Positions 50,059 to 62,429 of a stretch of 64,000 nt of DNA are shown piece after piece. The number at the start of each line of letters is the position of its first letter. The stretch's first letter is position 1. The notes under the pieces were generated by a model. The model was not told the origin of the DNA and made no database searches. It saw only the letters and a list, made by a program, of their open reading frames with translations. Both the position numbers and the translations under genes were made by a program. Source of the stretch: Octopus sinensis. Lineage: Eukaryota. The stretch covers positions 9,610,001-9,674,000 of the forward strand of contig NC_043018.1 of NCBI RefSeq assembly GCF_006345805.1, read 5' to 3'.

Positions 50059-52570
50059 GTATGTACAACACATATATGCACAAACATAAAGAGAGAGAGA
50101 AAAAAGACACACATATATGTATGTGGTGGATTAATTAGTTTTAAAATTCTTCAGTCATCTCACTACTGTTTTTTCAACAGTCTCTAATTTATTTCAAACA
50201 TATAATTGTGTGAGTGTGTGTTTTCGTATGTATATATATATGTAGTATGTATGCATGCATGCATATATGTGTGTGTGTATGTATGTGTGTGCGTGTACAT
50301 ATATGTATGCATGTATGAACATACACAGACACACACATATATGCATACATATATACATACATACACACAGACACTCACACACACACACACACACACACAT
50401 ATATGCATACATATATACATACATACATACACACAGACACTCACATATATACATACATACATACATACACACACACACACTCACATGTATGCACACCTTA
50501 GGCACAAATTGAAACTCATTCCGCTGGCCCTCCTCTGATATTCCTGGGTCCAGACAATCCATCAACAACTACAATATGGGTGGTACTTGTCAGCCATAGC
50601 TAACCTCAGCACCCTCTACCCCCACCCCCACCCCAGCTTCATTTGTTTTTCTTTCCTTCATTCTTCTCAGACTTGTCATAACATTTCTATCCATCATCGT
50701 TAATACAATGCATTCTCACCCATTAAGTTCACAATGAAGCTCCTTCCCTCCACCCGTTTCTCTGCTTATTTTACTTCCTAAATTATATATACACTTCCCA
50801 CAACATATATGTATATATATATACATCCTGTATGAATAATTTATACTAAGTTTTTGTAATATACTTCCTGCCTGGGTACTTTACATGTAGCAAAGTAAGA
50901 GGGGTAGGGTGTTTTAATTTTTAAAAAAATGAAATGCCTGTAGTGGTTTTGAACTTCTGATTTATGTTTCAGAGTCTACAAGAAGGGAGGGGCGGTGGGG
51001 ATATCCTTAAACCAGAGATTTGGCTCAGATGCTTGCCCTAAGGTCAGCTCCACAAAAGGTACCCAGGGTATGAGTGATGGATAAAGTCTATTGCCTGTAC
51101 CTCAATATCATTGGTCTCTCTCTTTCTAAGATGTAAGACAAGCGTCACCTTCATAGAAGCGGTGTCCTTCATTTCCAATCTTCTATGGAAACATATCTGA
51201 CTATGTGGGGGGGAGCGTTACCTTGCTTGGAAATGGGTGAAGGTTGATGACAGGAAGAGTATTCCAACTGCAGTAAAACCTGTCTCGGCAAATTCCGCCT
51301 GACCAATGCAAGCATAGAAAAGTGGATGTTAAAGGTGGTGATGATGATGATGGTAGTGGTGTTGATGATGATGATGATACTGAGCCTAAAATCATAGGCA
51401 CAGCCATGGTTGTGTAGTTAAGAAGCCTGCTTTGCAACTTTATGGTTTTAGTTCAGTCCTACTGCGCAGCACCTTAAGCAAGTGTTTTTATTTTTTCTGC
51501 AGCTCAGCCCGAGTGGCTGTGCTGTGGAACTGAACTCAAGACCATGTATTTATGAAACAAACTTCTTAAGCGCACAGCCATGCTTTGGAGATCTTTTTAT
51601 TGCTGTTTTTCACCCTTCCAAAACCATTTTCACTGAAAGTAAGCTTTCACTTTTCAGGAAGGGCATTAGAGTTGAGGGGATTTAACATCACAAGGTATCA
51701 GGAAGAAGGCTGCAGCTTGCCAGACCCTGTTGGTGGCACACTGAGTCTCCTGACAGTATTAAGGTCTTCAGTCTGGGAACTGAGTTTCAAGGGGATGAAC
51801 TGTGGTGGTGATGGGGTTGTCCTTTCCAAAACCATGGCTAGGACAATGGGGTTGAGAATGAGAATATCAAGGTATTACCAGTGGTGGTGGGGGGGATGAG
51901 CAAGGGTGGGGTGTTTATGTGCTGTGTCTGTCATAGTGGCTGACACAATGACAACTTGTAATTGATAGATGGTGGTGGTGGTGGTGGTGCTGGTGGTGGC
52001 GATGGTTGTTGTGGTGGTGGTGATGAAGGTGGGGGTGGCAGTGCCTGTTGTGGTGGTGATGAAGGTGGGGGTGGCAGTGCCTGTTGTTGTGGTGACAAAG
52101 GTGGTTGTAGTTGTGGGTGTGATGTTGGTGATGCTGATGGTGGCAGTTGTGGTGGTGGTATCAATGCTTGTTGTGCTCTCATAGAGGGGTGGTAGTAATG
52201 ACAGTACTTGTAGTAGTGGCAGTATTGGTGGTGGTGGTGGTGGTGGTGATAGTGATGGTAGCAGCAGTGGTATCATGACAGTGATAATGATGAATGTAGT
52301 GACGGTGGTGATGATAAAATTGGTGGTGGTGGTGGTGGATGTAAAGATGATGCTGATGATGATGGTAATGATATCCACAGACCACCCCCCCTACCCCAGT
52401 CACCAACTGCTACATAAGATTTATATTCCCTTTGACTCAATAAACTCTGCTGGGTCACAAAAAATCAATAAATTGTAAACCAAACCATCCACAAGGATAA
52501 ACTATTGGACTTTGTGGTCTTTGTTCATATTATCTTTCTTTTAAGTTGCATTTATTATTATAATAATAAC

Positions 52571-52612
<42 letters not shown>

Positions 52613-52729
52613 TATTATATCACCCACACACACACACAACAATTAGACTTGGAAAAAAAAATTCGTAACATTGGACTACAACCAGTAACCTTAGATGACA
52701 AGTAATTTTTATTACTATTAATAAAAAAA

Positions 52730-52772
<43 letters not shown>

Positions 52773-52845
52773 CATATACACACAAATTAGACTTGGAAAA
52801 AAAAATTTGTAACATTGAGCTACAAGTAACCTTAGATGCCAAGTA

Positions 52846-52890
<45 letters not shown>

Positions 52891-53066
52891 GCATGCTGGG
52901 TAAAATGTTTAGTAGCATTTCGTCCATCTTTACATTCTCAGTTCAAATTCCACTGAGGTCAACTTTGTCTTTCATCCTTTTTGGGTCGATAAAAGAAGTA
53001 ACAGTTGATACATTCGACTCAGCCCCTCCCCTGAAATTGTTTGGCCTTGTGGCAAAATTGGAAACA

Positions 53067-53099
<33 letters not shown>

Positions 53100-53372
53100 G
53101 AGGTGGTGAGCTGGCGGAATCGTTAGTGGGTGAACTGCTGGTAAGCATTTTGTCTGTTTCTACATTCTGAGTTCAAATTCTGCTGAGGTCGACTTTGCCT
53201 TTCATCCCTTTTGTGATTGCTAAAATAAATACCAGTGGAGCACTGGGGTTGATGTGATTGACCAGCCCCTTCTCCCAAATATCAGGCCTTGTGTTTATGG
53301 TAGAAAGGATTAAAGGCAGCGAGCTGGCAGATTTGTTCGTACACCAAGCAAAATGCTTTGCGGCATTTCATA

Positions 53373-53419
<47 letters not shown>

Positions 53420-53423
<4 letters not shown>

Positions 53424-53830
53424 AATTATTGTATACAGTGCTCAGGTGCACCACAACTTGTCAAAAGTGCATATAAATCATATGCAATAACGTACAAATG
53501 TCTGGAAAGTGAACAATGTATGAGTCAGATACATGCTTGTGTGTGTATGGAGGGGGAGAAAATCAGGTGTAGTGTTGGCGAATCTCAGAAAGCATGGAAG
53601 TTTTGAAGGATGCAGTGCTCTAACAACTGATGCCGGCAGTTTGTTCCCTACTTCAGCAACTCTCAGCGTGAAAAAATGTTTCCTAAAGTCATGGGAACTG
53701 TGCTGTTTTCTGACTTTGTAAATATGCCCACGGGTGTTAGACGGGTGGAGTTTGAAAAGGTGCTCAGAGTTATTGTTGGTAAGATGGTTAATAATTTTAT
53801 GGGTGTCAGCCAAGTCAATGTTCATACATC
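53420..53830 (-). mobile_element. CR1-like LINE 3' end
   Basis: DLADTHKIINHL..FKLHPSNTRGHIYKVRKQHSSHDFRKHFFTLRVAEVGNKLPASVV followed by an ATT-repeat tail. Confidence 0.75.
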
Positions 53831-54959
53831 TTAACGTTCTGAGTTCAAATTCCACTGTGGTCAATTTAGCCTTTCATCTTATTTTGTGATCAATAAAATG
53901 AGTACCAGTGGAACACTGGGGTTGATGGGATCGACTAGCCCCCTCCCCTAAGTTTCAGGCCTTGTGCCTATAGTAGAAAGGATTATTATTATTATTATTA
54001 TTATTATATTATTATTATTATTTAGTCAAGTGCCATCCTTAATGTCTTTCTTAATGCAAACCATTTTGTGGTTAATAAAGAAATCATCATCATTATATTT
54101 TTCAGTTTTACTTTTATTATTTCAACATTGTCATTATTACTATTACCATATTCCAACATGTGTAAGGAACCCTTTTTTGTCAAAAATTAGGCTAAAAATA
54201 TATGGGAGTTTCTTATACATGGATAATATTATAATTTCTTACAAAACCTTTTTTCCAAATTTTAAGCTCCCAAAATTACGGGGTCCCTTCATCATCATCA
54301 TCATCATCGTTTAACGTCCGTTTTCCGCGCTAGCACGGGTTGGACGGTTTCGACCGGGGTCTGGGGAGCTTGGGACTGCCCCAGGCTCCAGTCTAGTCTG
54401 GCAGTGTTTCTACAGCTGGATGCCCTTCCTAACGCCAACCACTCCGCGAGTGTAGTGGGTGTTTTTTTACGTGTCACCTGCACAGGTGCCAGAGGGGTCT
54501 GGCATCGGCCACGTTCGGATGGTGCTTTTTATGTGGGGGGGGGGGTGCAGAATATATAGGGGAGCACCAGTGGGGAGGAGTGGTTCAGAGAATGATGACA
54601 TGTTTTCTAGGCAAGTAGAACGTAGGATATCAAGAGAGGGGTAATGCATGGTGAAATAGCGTGTTGAAGAGGGGGTTCGAAGAGTAGACACCTATAATGG
54701 TGGTGGGAGAAGCGACATCCGGTATAGATGGAACAAAAATATATAGAGATATCCGGTATTGGTGGTGGGGGTGGGTAAGGGCGGGTGCATGGTACTTCAT
54801 TACTGCTATTTATCATTATTTTATTATTTTGTTTATTATCATCATCATCATCATCATCATTGTTGTCATTATTATCGTTATCATAATAGCCGCACTGGGC
54901 GTACACGATCAATAAAATGTTGGGTGTCCAACAACCTACAGACCCAACTGGACGCTAAC

Positions 54960-55145
54960 GACTTGCAGTATTTAATAAACCTCCTCAGAAATGGCGGCAT
55001 CTTGTTGATGTTGAAATCAATCGTGACAACATTATTATTTAATGCAATAAATCTCGCGAGATTTAATCTTGTTTGTTCAGCGAAGGATGACAGCTCTGTC
55101 AGGCCGGCGTTGGGCCATGACAATGTGTGGTGCTATTAATAAGTA
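54960..55145. promoter_or_regulatory. Candidate housekeeping-type promoter
   Basis: Locally CpG-rich unique sequence with a YY1-like AAATGGCGGC and the palindrome TAAATCTCGCGAGATTTA (55048-55065). Confidence 0.35.
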
Positions 55146-56777
55146 AAGCTCGGCAACAATATCACAGATTTGGCTGAACAGGAACTGGGGAAAATAAATC
55201 TATGATTTGATACTGAGGTGGGATTCATAGTAGGGGACAAGTTTTTAGTTTGTGCCTGCACACACTCAAACATTATATATTATGTAACGTGTGTGTGTGT
55301 ATAGTGTATATATTTTATATATATATATAAATTATGTAAATGTGTATATATATATATATATATATGTATGTGTATATATATATTTATATGTATGTGTATA
55401 TATATATATATAGTATGTGTAATATATATATGTATGTGTATATATATATATATATATATGTGTATGTGTATATATATGTATGTATATATATATATATGTA
55501 TATATACACATACATACACACACACTCACACTCACTCACACACCTGTATGTACGCGCACACACATGCACATACACACACTTCCCCACACCCACCCACGTA
55601 CATACATACACACTCACACACATACACACACACACGGACATACATCTATGCACACACATACATACACACATACTCACATACATTCATCGACACACTGCCA
55701 CCCAGACATACACACAGACACACCCACATCCACACACATACATACTTACGCGCATACTCGCAGGCGCGCGCACATACGGACTTGCGCCAGCTCGCGCACG
55801 CATACGGGCCGCATACACCTCGCTCTTGGACCCGACGAGACCTCCCGCCCGTTCCTGGACCGTCGCGTGTCGTTGGGTTTTCCCACGCCTGTCTCCGCGT
55901 TACCACTCTTCCATCTTCCCCCCAGCTGGAGTCCTTTTTCCTTAACCCCCCCCCTTTTTCGTTACAACACACGCGCACACATATACACACATTGCCTATA
56001 TATATACATCACTCTACACACATTCAATCTACTCGCCATTATATACCACCACGACACTGGACACACACACACACTACTACTCAACACACGCTGGCACGCT
56101 ACATACGCCCCCCCCCTTCCCCTCCCTCCCTTCCCTCCTTCCTTCTTTTTCTTACTACTGACCTTGTCTGCTAGCTGACCATTAGTCTCGCCCTACCTCA
56201 CACCGCCTACACACAGACGCACACACTAACACACACATATTTTTTTGTTTTTCTCATCTCGCCTCACACACACACTACACACACGCACACGCACACACCA
56301 TCACTCACACATACACACCATCTGTTGGGTTACCAACCTTGTCTCCACTCTTTTGCCTTTAAAAACCCACTTTGCTCTTGTTATCGTCAACATCCCGCCT
56401 TTCACCATGTGCAACTCGTAAACACCAGTCGTCTTTTTTCTCTTTCCCTGTTGCCCCGCTCTCTGGGATCTTTCTTTCCTCTCTCTTCCTTCTTTATGTT
56501 TCCGACGAAGAGCTCCGCTCAAAACGTCATACCTCCCTGCTTCCATTTCCTGAGCACCTATTATAATAATACTGTAATTGTTCCGTTGTTGTTGTTTTTT
56601 TGTTTCCCGTTTGGATTAAAATTATATATATTATTATATATATATATATATTATATTAATTAAATTAGAGACAAAACCACTATTAGGCAAATCAAACAAT
56701 GAAAGACTTAAGCCAATACATATGATTAATTTATATTATTTAAATATGTAACAATTATTAAAAAATATAATTAATAT

Positions 56778-56840
56778 CCACTACGATCGTTTCCTGCCTG
56801 CTGTCTTTAAATTTTTGAGTCGCAGTCATTCATCAGGTGG
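56778..56840 (-). ncRNA. Minimal type I hammerhead ribozyme motif with intact core
   Basis: Minus strand: CCAC-CTGATGA-A-TGACTGC..GCAGGCA-G-GAAAC-GATC-GT-A-GTGG. Stem I is CCAC/GTGG, stem II is imperfect, the stem III loop is palindromic, and the cleavage triplet is GUA. Confidence 0.7.
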
Positions 56841-56900
56841 TTTCAAAATTTTTTTGGCGAGTTTTAAACAATGAACTATGTATATGTATATGTATGTATG

Positions 56901-56948
<48 letters not shown>

Positions 56949-57085
56949 TATATGTGTGTTTGTGTGTATACATATATGAAGTGGCTGTGTGGTAAGTAAC
57001 TTGCTTACCAACCAATGGTTCCGGGTTCATTCCCACAGCGTGGCATCTTGGACAAGTGTCTTCTTAACACACAGTCACTCCTACA

Positions 57086-57154
<69 letters not shown>

Positions 57155-58559
57155 ATTTTATTAAAAATCTTAGGGTAGCAAAAAGTATTTATAGAAAAAT
57201 TCTTTGTTACCAGTGGTCTAGCAAGAAGGAAAAATTTAGTCAATAGACTATATATTATTCATAGAAAATACAGTGTACTTTTAAACACATAAGACATGAC
57301 CAATAATAGGACATCTGACTCACTAGAAAGGGCAGTTAAAACTCCAAGCCACTAATAGTTGTAATTTTGAAAGGGAATGAAAAATAAAAACATTTACCCT
57401 ATTTTTCCTGGACTATGCATAGTTTCTGCAATCTTATATGAATTAAAATAAAATGATTTTAATTTACATCTGGCGTTGCTTCGTCAGCAGGATACCAGGG
57501 ATCGACATATAGACACGAGGCGATAAGTAACATACTTCATGTCTATATGTTATAATTTTTTGTATCCTCCTGAACTATCCGGCAGTAAATAAATTGCCGA
57601 TTTTCTTTCAAAATTAGCTAAAATATCTTTTATCATTAATTAAAAATCTTAGGGTAGCAAAAAATATTTATAGAAAAATTCTTTGTTTACAGTGGTCTAG
57701 CAAGAAAGAAAATTTAGTCAATATTAGTGGCTTGGAGTTTTAACTGCTCTTTCTAGTGAGTCAGATGTCCTAGTATTGGTCAACTCTTGTGTGTTTAAAT
57801 GTACACTGTATTTTTATGTATATATATATATAGTGCATGCCTGGTTATGTAGTTGAGAAGTTAGCTTCCCAACCATGTCGGGTAGTTCAGTCTTAACTCT
57901 ATGGTCCTTAAAGAGCATCTTCCAATGATAGCCCCAAACCAACAAAAACCTTGTAAGTGGATTATATAGCAGGGGAAACTGAAAGAAGCCTCTCAGATAT
58001 ATATATCTGTGTGTGGTGTGTATGTGCATGTTTGTGTCTCCTTTTTTTGACTTCACATGGTAGTTGTAAACAAGCTTCTCCATCACACAAGTGGTGTTGT
58101 TTATTTCCAAGCATGTCCAGCCATGGAGGAAATATTACCTTGCATCGAAATAGGTGAAGGTTGTTGTCAGGAAGAACATCCAGTTGTAGAAATTCTGCCT
58201 TAATAAATTCTTTCTGGCCATTGCAAGCATAGAAAAATGGGCATTAAAAGAATGATGATGGTGATGATGATGATGATGATGATGATGACAATGACGATGA
58301 GAATTGTGATGATGGTGATAATGCTGGTGATATGAAAGACACAATTTATTCATGAATAAAACTCATTCTATATTTATTACTATTAAAACACATAATATTA
58401 TTTAAAGAGTAAAAAAAAAGGTATAAAACTAATATGAATTACAGTGAAATAAATAAAATGTGTATTTTTAGAAACATGCGTAGTCACAGGAGCAAACAAA
58501 TCTTGAAAGTTTTATACGATGATGAATGTTTAAACAGAGTAACGGAAGTATGCAACAAC

Positions 58560-58680
58560 ACACTGGCTTCTTGTGATTTCAAGGAAGCCATAAAATATAA
58601 TAGTCACATTTAAACTAATAGAAGGAAGTGGAGCAGAAAGATCTTGTGGTATAATCCACTGTTTGTGATAAATGGAACTA
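58560..58680 (+). mobile_element. Short remnant of Penelope-like RT C-terminal region
   Basis: NRRKWSRKILWYNPLF resembles the RxIIWFNPP motif of the same PLE family. Confidence 0.4.
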
Positions 58681-59652
58681 TGCAGGCAGGAAGGAATTAA
58701 AATATAACCTTTTACATTTTTATAAAAATACCTGTTCTGTTATCTGAAGCTTAAGTACAGGAAAATATTTAAAATAAGTTCTTATAGAGTAAGGTATTTG
58801 ACATTAACAAGCTTTACTTAAAACCATACCATCTTGGAATGATAGAAAATCATCATTATTATCATCATCATCATTGTCTAATATCCACTTTTTCATGCTT
58901 GCAAGGCTCAGATGGAATTTGTTGAGGCAGATTTTCCAGTCAGATGCTCTTCCTGTTGCTAACCCTCACCTGTTTCCAAGTAAGACAACCAACAAAACAC
59001 ACAAATGGAATTGTTATTCTGAAATCGTATGCAGTCAGTGGATATTGCTTTGCAAAATTATAGTGTGTGTGTGTGTGTATATATATATATAGCCATTGTC
59101 ATATCTGATCATCATCGTTGTCATCACCATTACAATCATAATCATCGTTGTCATCATCATCATCATCATCACTGTCGTTATCATCAGCATCATCCTCATC
59201 CTCATCATCGTCTTCGTCATTTTAATGTCACCTTCTCTACAATTGATTGGGCTGGATGGAGATTATTGGGAAAGATGGTCTATAACTGGATGCCCTTCTT
59301 GTCGCCAACCTTCACGTATTTCGAAGCAAAGTCATGTTTCCCCATGGCCAGACATGTTTTTGCAGAATACTGGAAACAAATGACATTCATTTCCTGTAAT
59401 TGTATGATGTCAAGACGAGGCGGCATAAACGTCTACACACATACATGAATGCATACATATCTGACAGGCTTCTTTCAGTTTCCATGTGCCAAGTTCACAC
59501 ATAAAGCATTGGTTGACCAGGGGCTATTGTAAAAGACACTTCCCCTAGGTGGCGCACAGTAAGACTGAATCAGAAATTATGTGGTTGGGAACCGAACTTC
59601 TTAACCACAAAGCCATACCTGTACACACCTGAAGTAGCATTGATTGTATATA

Positions 59653-61143
59653 TTGGGTCATCCCATAAATAATGCAGTTTTTTAATACTTCTTTTATTTT
59701 CAAAATTAAGATAAACAAAGTTCTTTCTTAATCTAAAATACACTCTCCTTCATTTTCTACAATCCTCTTTCATCTATCTGGTAAACTTGCAAGGCCCCTC
59801 TTCCAAAATTCACTTGTCCGTGATGAAAAATACTTCTTCACTACTGTTCTGACCTCGTCTACAGATTTCATATTTTTTTCTGTTCAAAAGATTTTAAAGA
59901 CTGTGAAATAAATGATAATCAAATAGGGCAATGTCCAATGGTGGGTGGAGCATTGTTCCCCTTTCAAAGTGCTCAAGCCTTTGGAATATCATCCTCACTG
60001 TATATAGCCAAGCATTATCCTGATGGAAGAACACCTTTCATCTTGAAACCAAAGATGGTAATTTTTCTTTTCATGTTGACTTAAGCTGCTAAAGCTGTTC
60101 ACAATAAATCTCCTTTGTTATTGTTTGGTTTGGGTTTAAAAGTTCAAAGTGGACTAAACCTTTCATAACCCACCAAACAGATAACAACACCTTACAAGGG
60201 TGAAAACCTTCTTTAGCCTGGGGTGCCAGTGTTTCTCTTTTCCCCACCCACGGCCTTCGGCACTTAACATTTTTATAGAGAACCTATTTCTTGTTACCAG
60301 TCTCTATTTGATCCAAAAAAAGGTTCATTTGTGAGACGTGACAGCAAAGAAGAGCACACATTCAGTCTCTGCACACAATTAGTCTTGAAAAGTTTGTGAG
60401 GAACCCATTGAGCCAATTTGCTGACTTTTCCAATGGTACACAGGTTTCGATGAATGGTTGAATGACCAAATTCAAGCTTCTCTGCTAGTTCCTCAACAGT
60501 TACAATGGGGTTCTGTTCCATTTTGCATCCTTGTCGAGCTCTACAGAACTTCCAGGATGAGGCTCATCTTTTAGGCTGTAGTTTCCAGCTCAGAATTTCT
60601 GGAACCACTGTTGACACTGGCTTATGCTTATTGTCTGATCCCTATGTATGACATTAATATTCCTTGCATGTTAAGGCGGTGTGCTGGCAGAATTGTTAGC
60701 ATGCCGGGCGAAATGCTTAGCAGTATTTCATCTGAGTTCAAATTCTGCCGAGGTTGACCTTTCCTTTTATCCTTTCAGAGTCGATGAATTAAGTACCAGT
60801 GAAACACTGGGGTTGATGTAATCGTCTAGTCCCCTCCCACAAAATTTCAGGCCTAGTGTCTTTAGAAGAAGGGATTAATATTCCTCACACTTTCCATTGC
60901 ATTGTTGCCTTTATTGATCTCATAAAGCAAAATATGCCAAATATGCTCCTTTGTCACTTCCATTATAGCTTTGAAAAAATAGCTGTTAAAATCAAACCGC
61001 ACTCTTCAAAACTTGCACTAAGAATAAGCAAAGGTAAAATTACTACCTGCTTTTATAGCAAGTTGATGCAGGTAGTTTATCCTGTCCCTCCGACTTTTAG
61101 TTCATGCAATTGTGAACACTGCATTATTTATGGGATGACCCAA
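59653..61143 (-). mobile_element. Mariner (DD34D-type) transposon with both TIRs and a pseudogenised transposase
   Basis: Perfect 26-bp TIRs TTGGGTCATCCCATAAATAATGCAGT flanked by TA. ATG at 60963 gives MEVTKEHIWHILLYE..; WVPHKL motif present; stops and frameshifts; SINE inserted at 60665-60873. Confidence 0.9.
60665..60873 (+). mobile_element. SINE (family B) inserted into the mariner transposase
   Basis: 12-bp TSD ATTAATATTCCT at 60653-60664 and 60874-60885. Confidence 0.85.
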
Positions 61144-61610
61144 TATATATGTATAACTATGAACAAATTTAAGGAGCAGTTTCACCAACATAATTATACA
61201 TATGTAATTGTAAATGTTATCTGCCCAAAAGACAACTGACAAATGGTCTTGTTTTCAGCTTGATAAATGGCGGAATAAATTATTATTTTGACCTGGAAAG
61301 CCTGAGTGGCTGTAATTGCAAGATTTGTGGTGTTTTACTTTAGGATAATCTTTATTCTCTTAGCTGATCAATTGCTTTTCTATATGTTGAAGCATTACCA
61401 CATAATACACATGCACACACACATGCAAAAACCCAAAATGCCAAAATATATTTGTAGTATAATAAAGAATTAGATGGAAACTCTTAGTGAAAGCACCGAG
61501 TTGTAAGCAACCAAATACTGTTTTCTAGTTCTTTGCACACTAGAAAACTTATTTAGAAAATTACAATTTGTAAATCTCACAACGAGAGATATTCAGCAGC
61601 AGTACTTTTC

Positions 61611-61929
61611 AGTAAAGATTATTTGCCAACATAACATAGCAGTCCTGGTTTAGGACAAATGTTGCTGTAATTTAGCCCCAGGAGACATCATCTCCAGCTG
61701 GCTATACAACACGATCTATGTCCTTATATTTTTGAACAAGGAAATCTAGCACCCCTGCTCAGCTCAAAACTGTATCTGTGTATCGCGGAAATAATCCGGA
61801 AATTGCAATACACAGATATTGTTTTGTGCTGAGTGGGGGTTGCTAGATTCCCTTGTTTGAAAATATAAGGACACATATCATTTGTCCTAAACTAGGACTG
61901 CCATGTTATGTTGGCAAATAATCTTTACT
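61611..61929. mobile_element. Foldback MITE with nested outer and inner inverted repeats
   Basis: Outer arm AGTAAAGATTATTTGCCAACATAACATAGCAGTCC..GGACAAATG and an inner arm of about 68 bp, both mirrored. Confidence 0.75.
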
Positions 61930-62376
61930 CAGAAAAATTATTGTTCTTGAAGCATGAAAACCAAATGTTAAACAGGTCTGCCAATTATTCTCTTCATGCC
62001 ATTATACATACACATATATCCTTAAATAGCAGAATAACTTACCAATATGGGAAGGGACAAAATATTTTTTTTTATTCATTTTTGTTTTTTATTTTTTGTT
62101 GCATGTCGGATTTTATGCATAATTAGTAACGGAGCTAGAGTGGCGTCATTTGTTTTGATTGATTAATTAGTTTAATTAATTAATTGCCTGTATAAAACTT
62201 TTAACGATATCTCAATTGAATAAATATTAAGTTTTTTTTCCTCACTTTATATTTTTTAATATTATTTCTTTTGGTCTTTAAATGTAATTAGCTTGCAACT
62301 GCAGGAGATTTTAAAAGAAGGATCTAATTATGCACCTAATTATCCACAGAGACTCCTTAATATATGCATATAAGTA

Positions 62377-62417
<41 letters not shown>

Positions 62418-62429
62418 CATACATACATA

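Noticed and set aside
55087-55142. Assignment to IDH3B from the N-terminal resemblance MTALSGRRW vs MAALSGVRW
   Set aside because: Too short, presequences are poorly conserved, and no IDH exons were found downstream.
57460-57500. Minus-strand CTGACGA plus short hairpin as a hammerhead
   Set aside because: No GAAA after stem II and no stem I.
62290-62375. Open frame LQLQEILKEGSNYAPNYPQR as an exon of the 55087 candidate gene
   Set aside because: It resembles AT-rich repeat sequence seen near 390 and 42760, and ends in a stop without a good donor.
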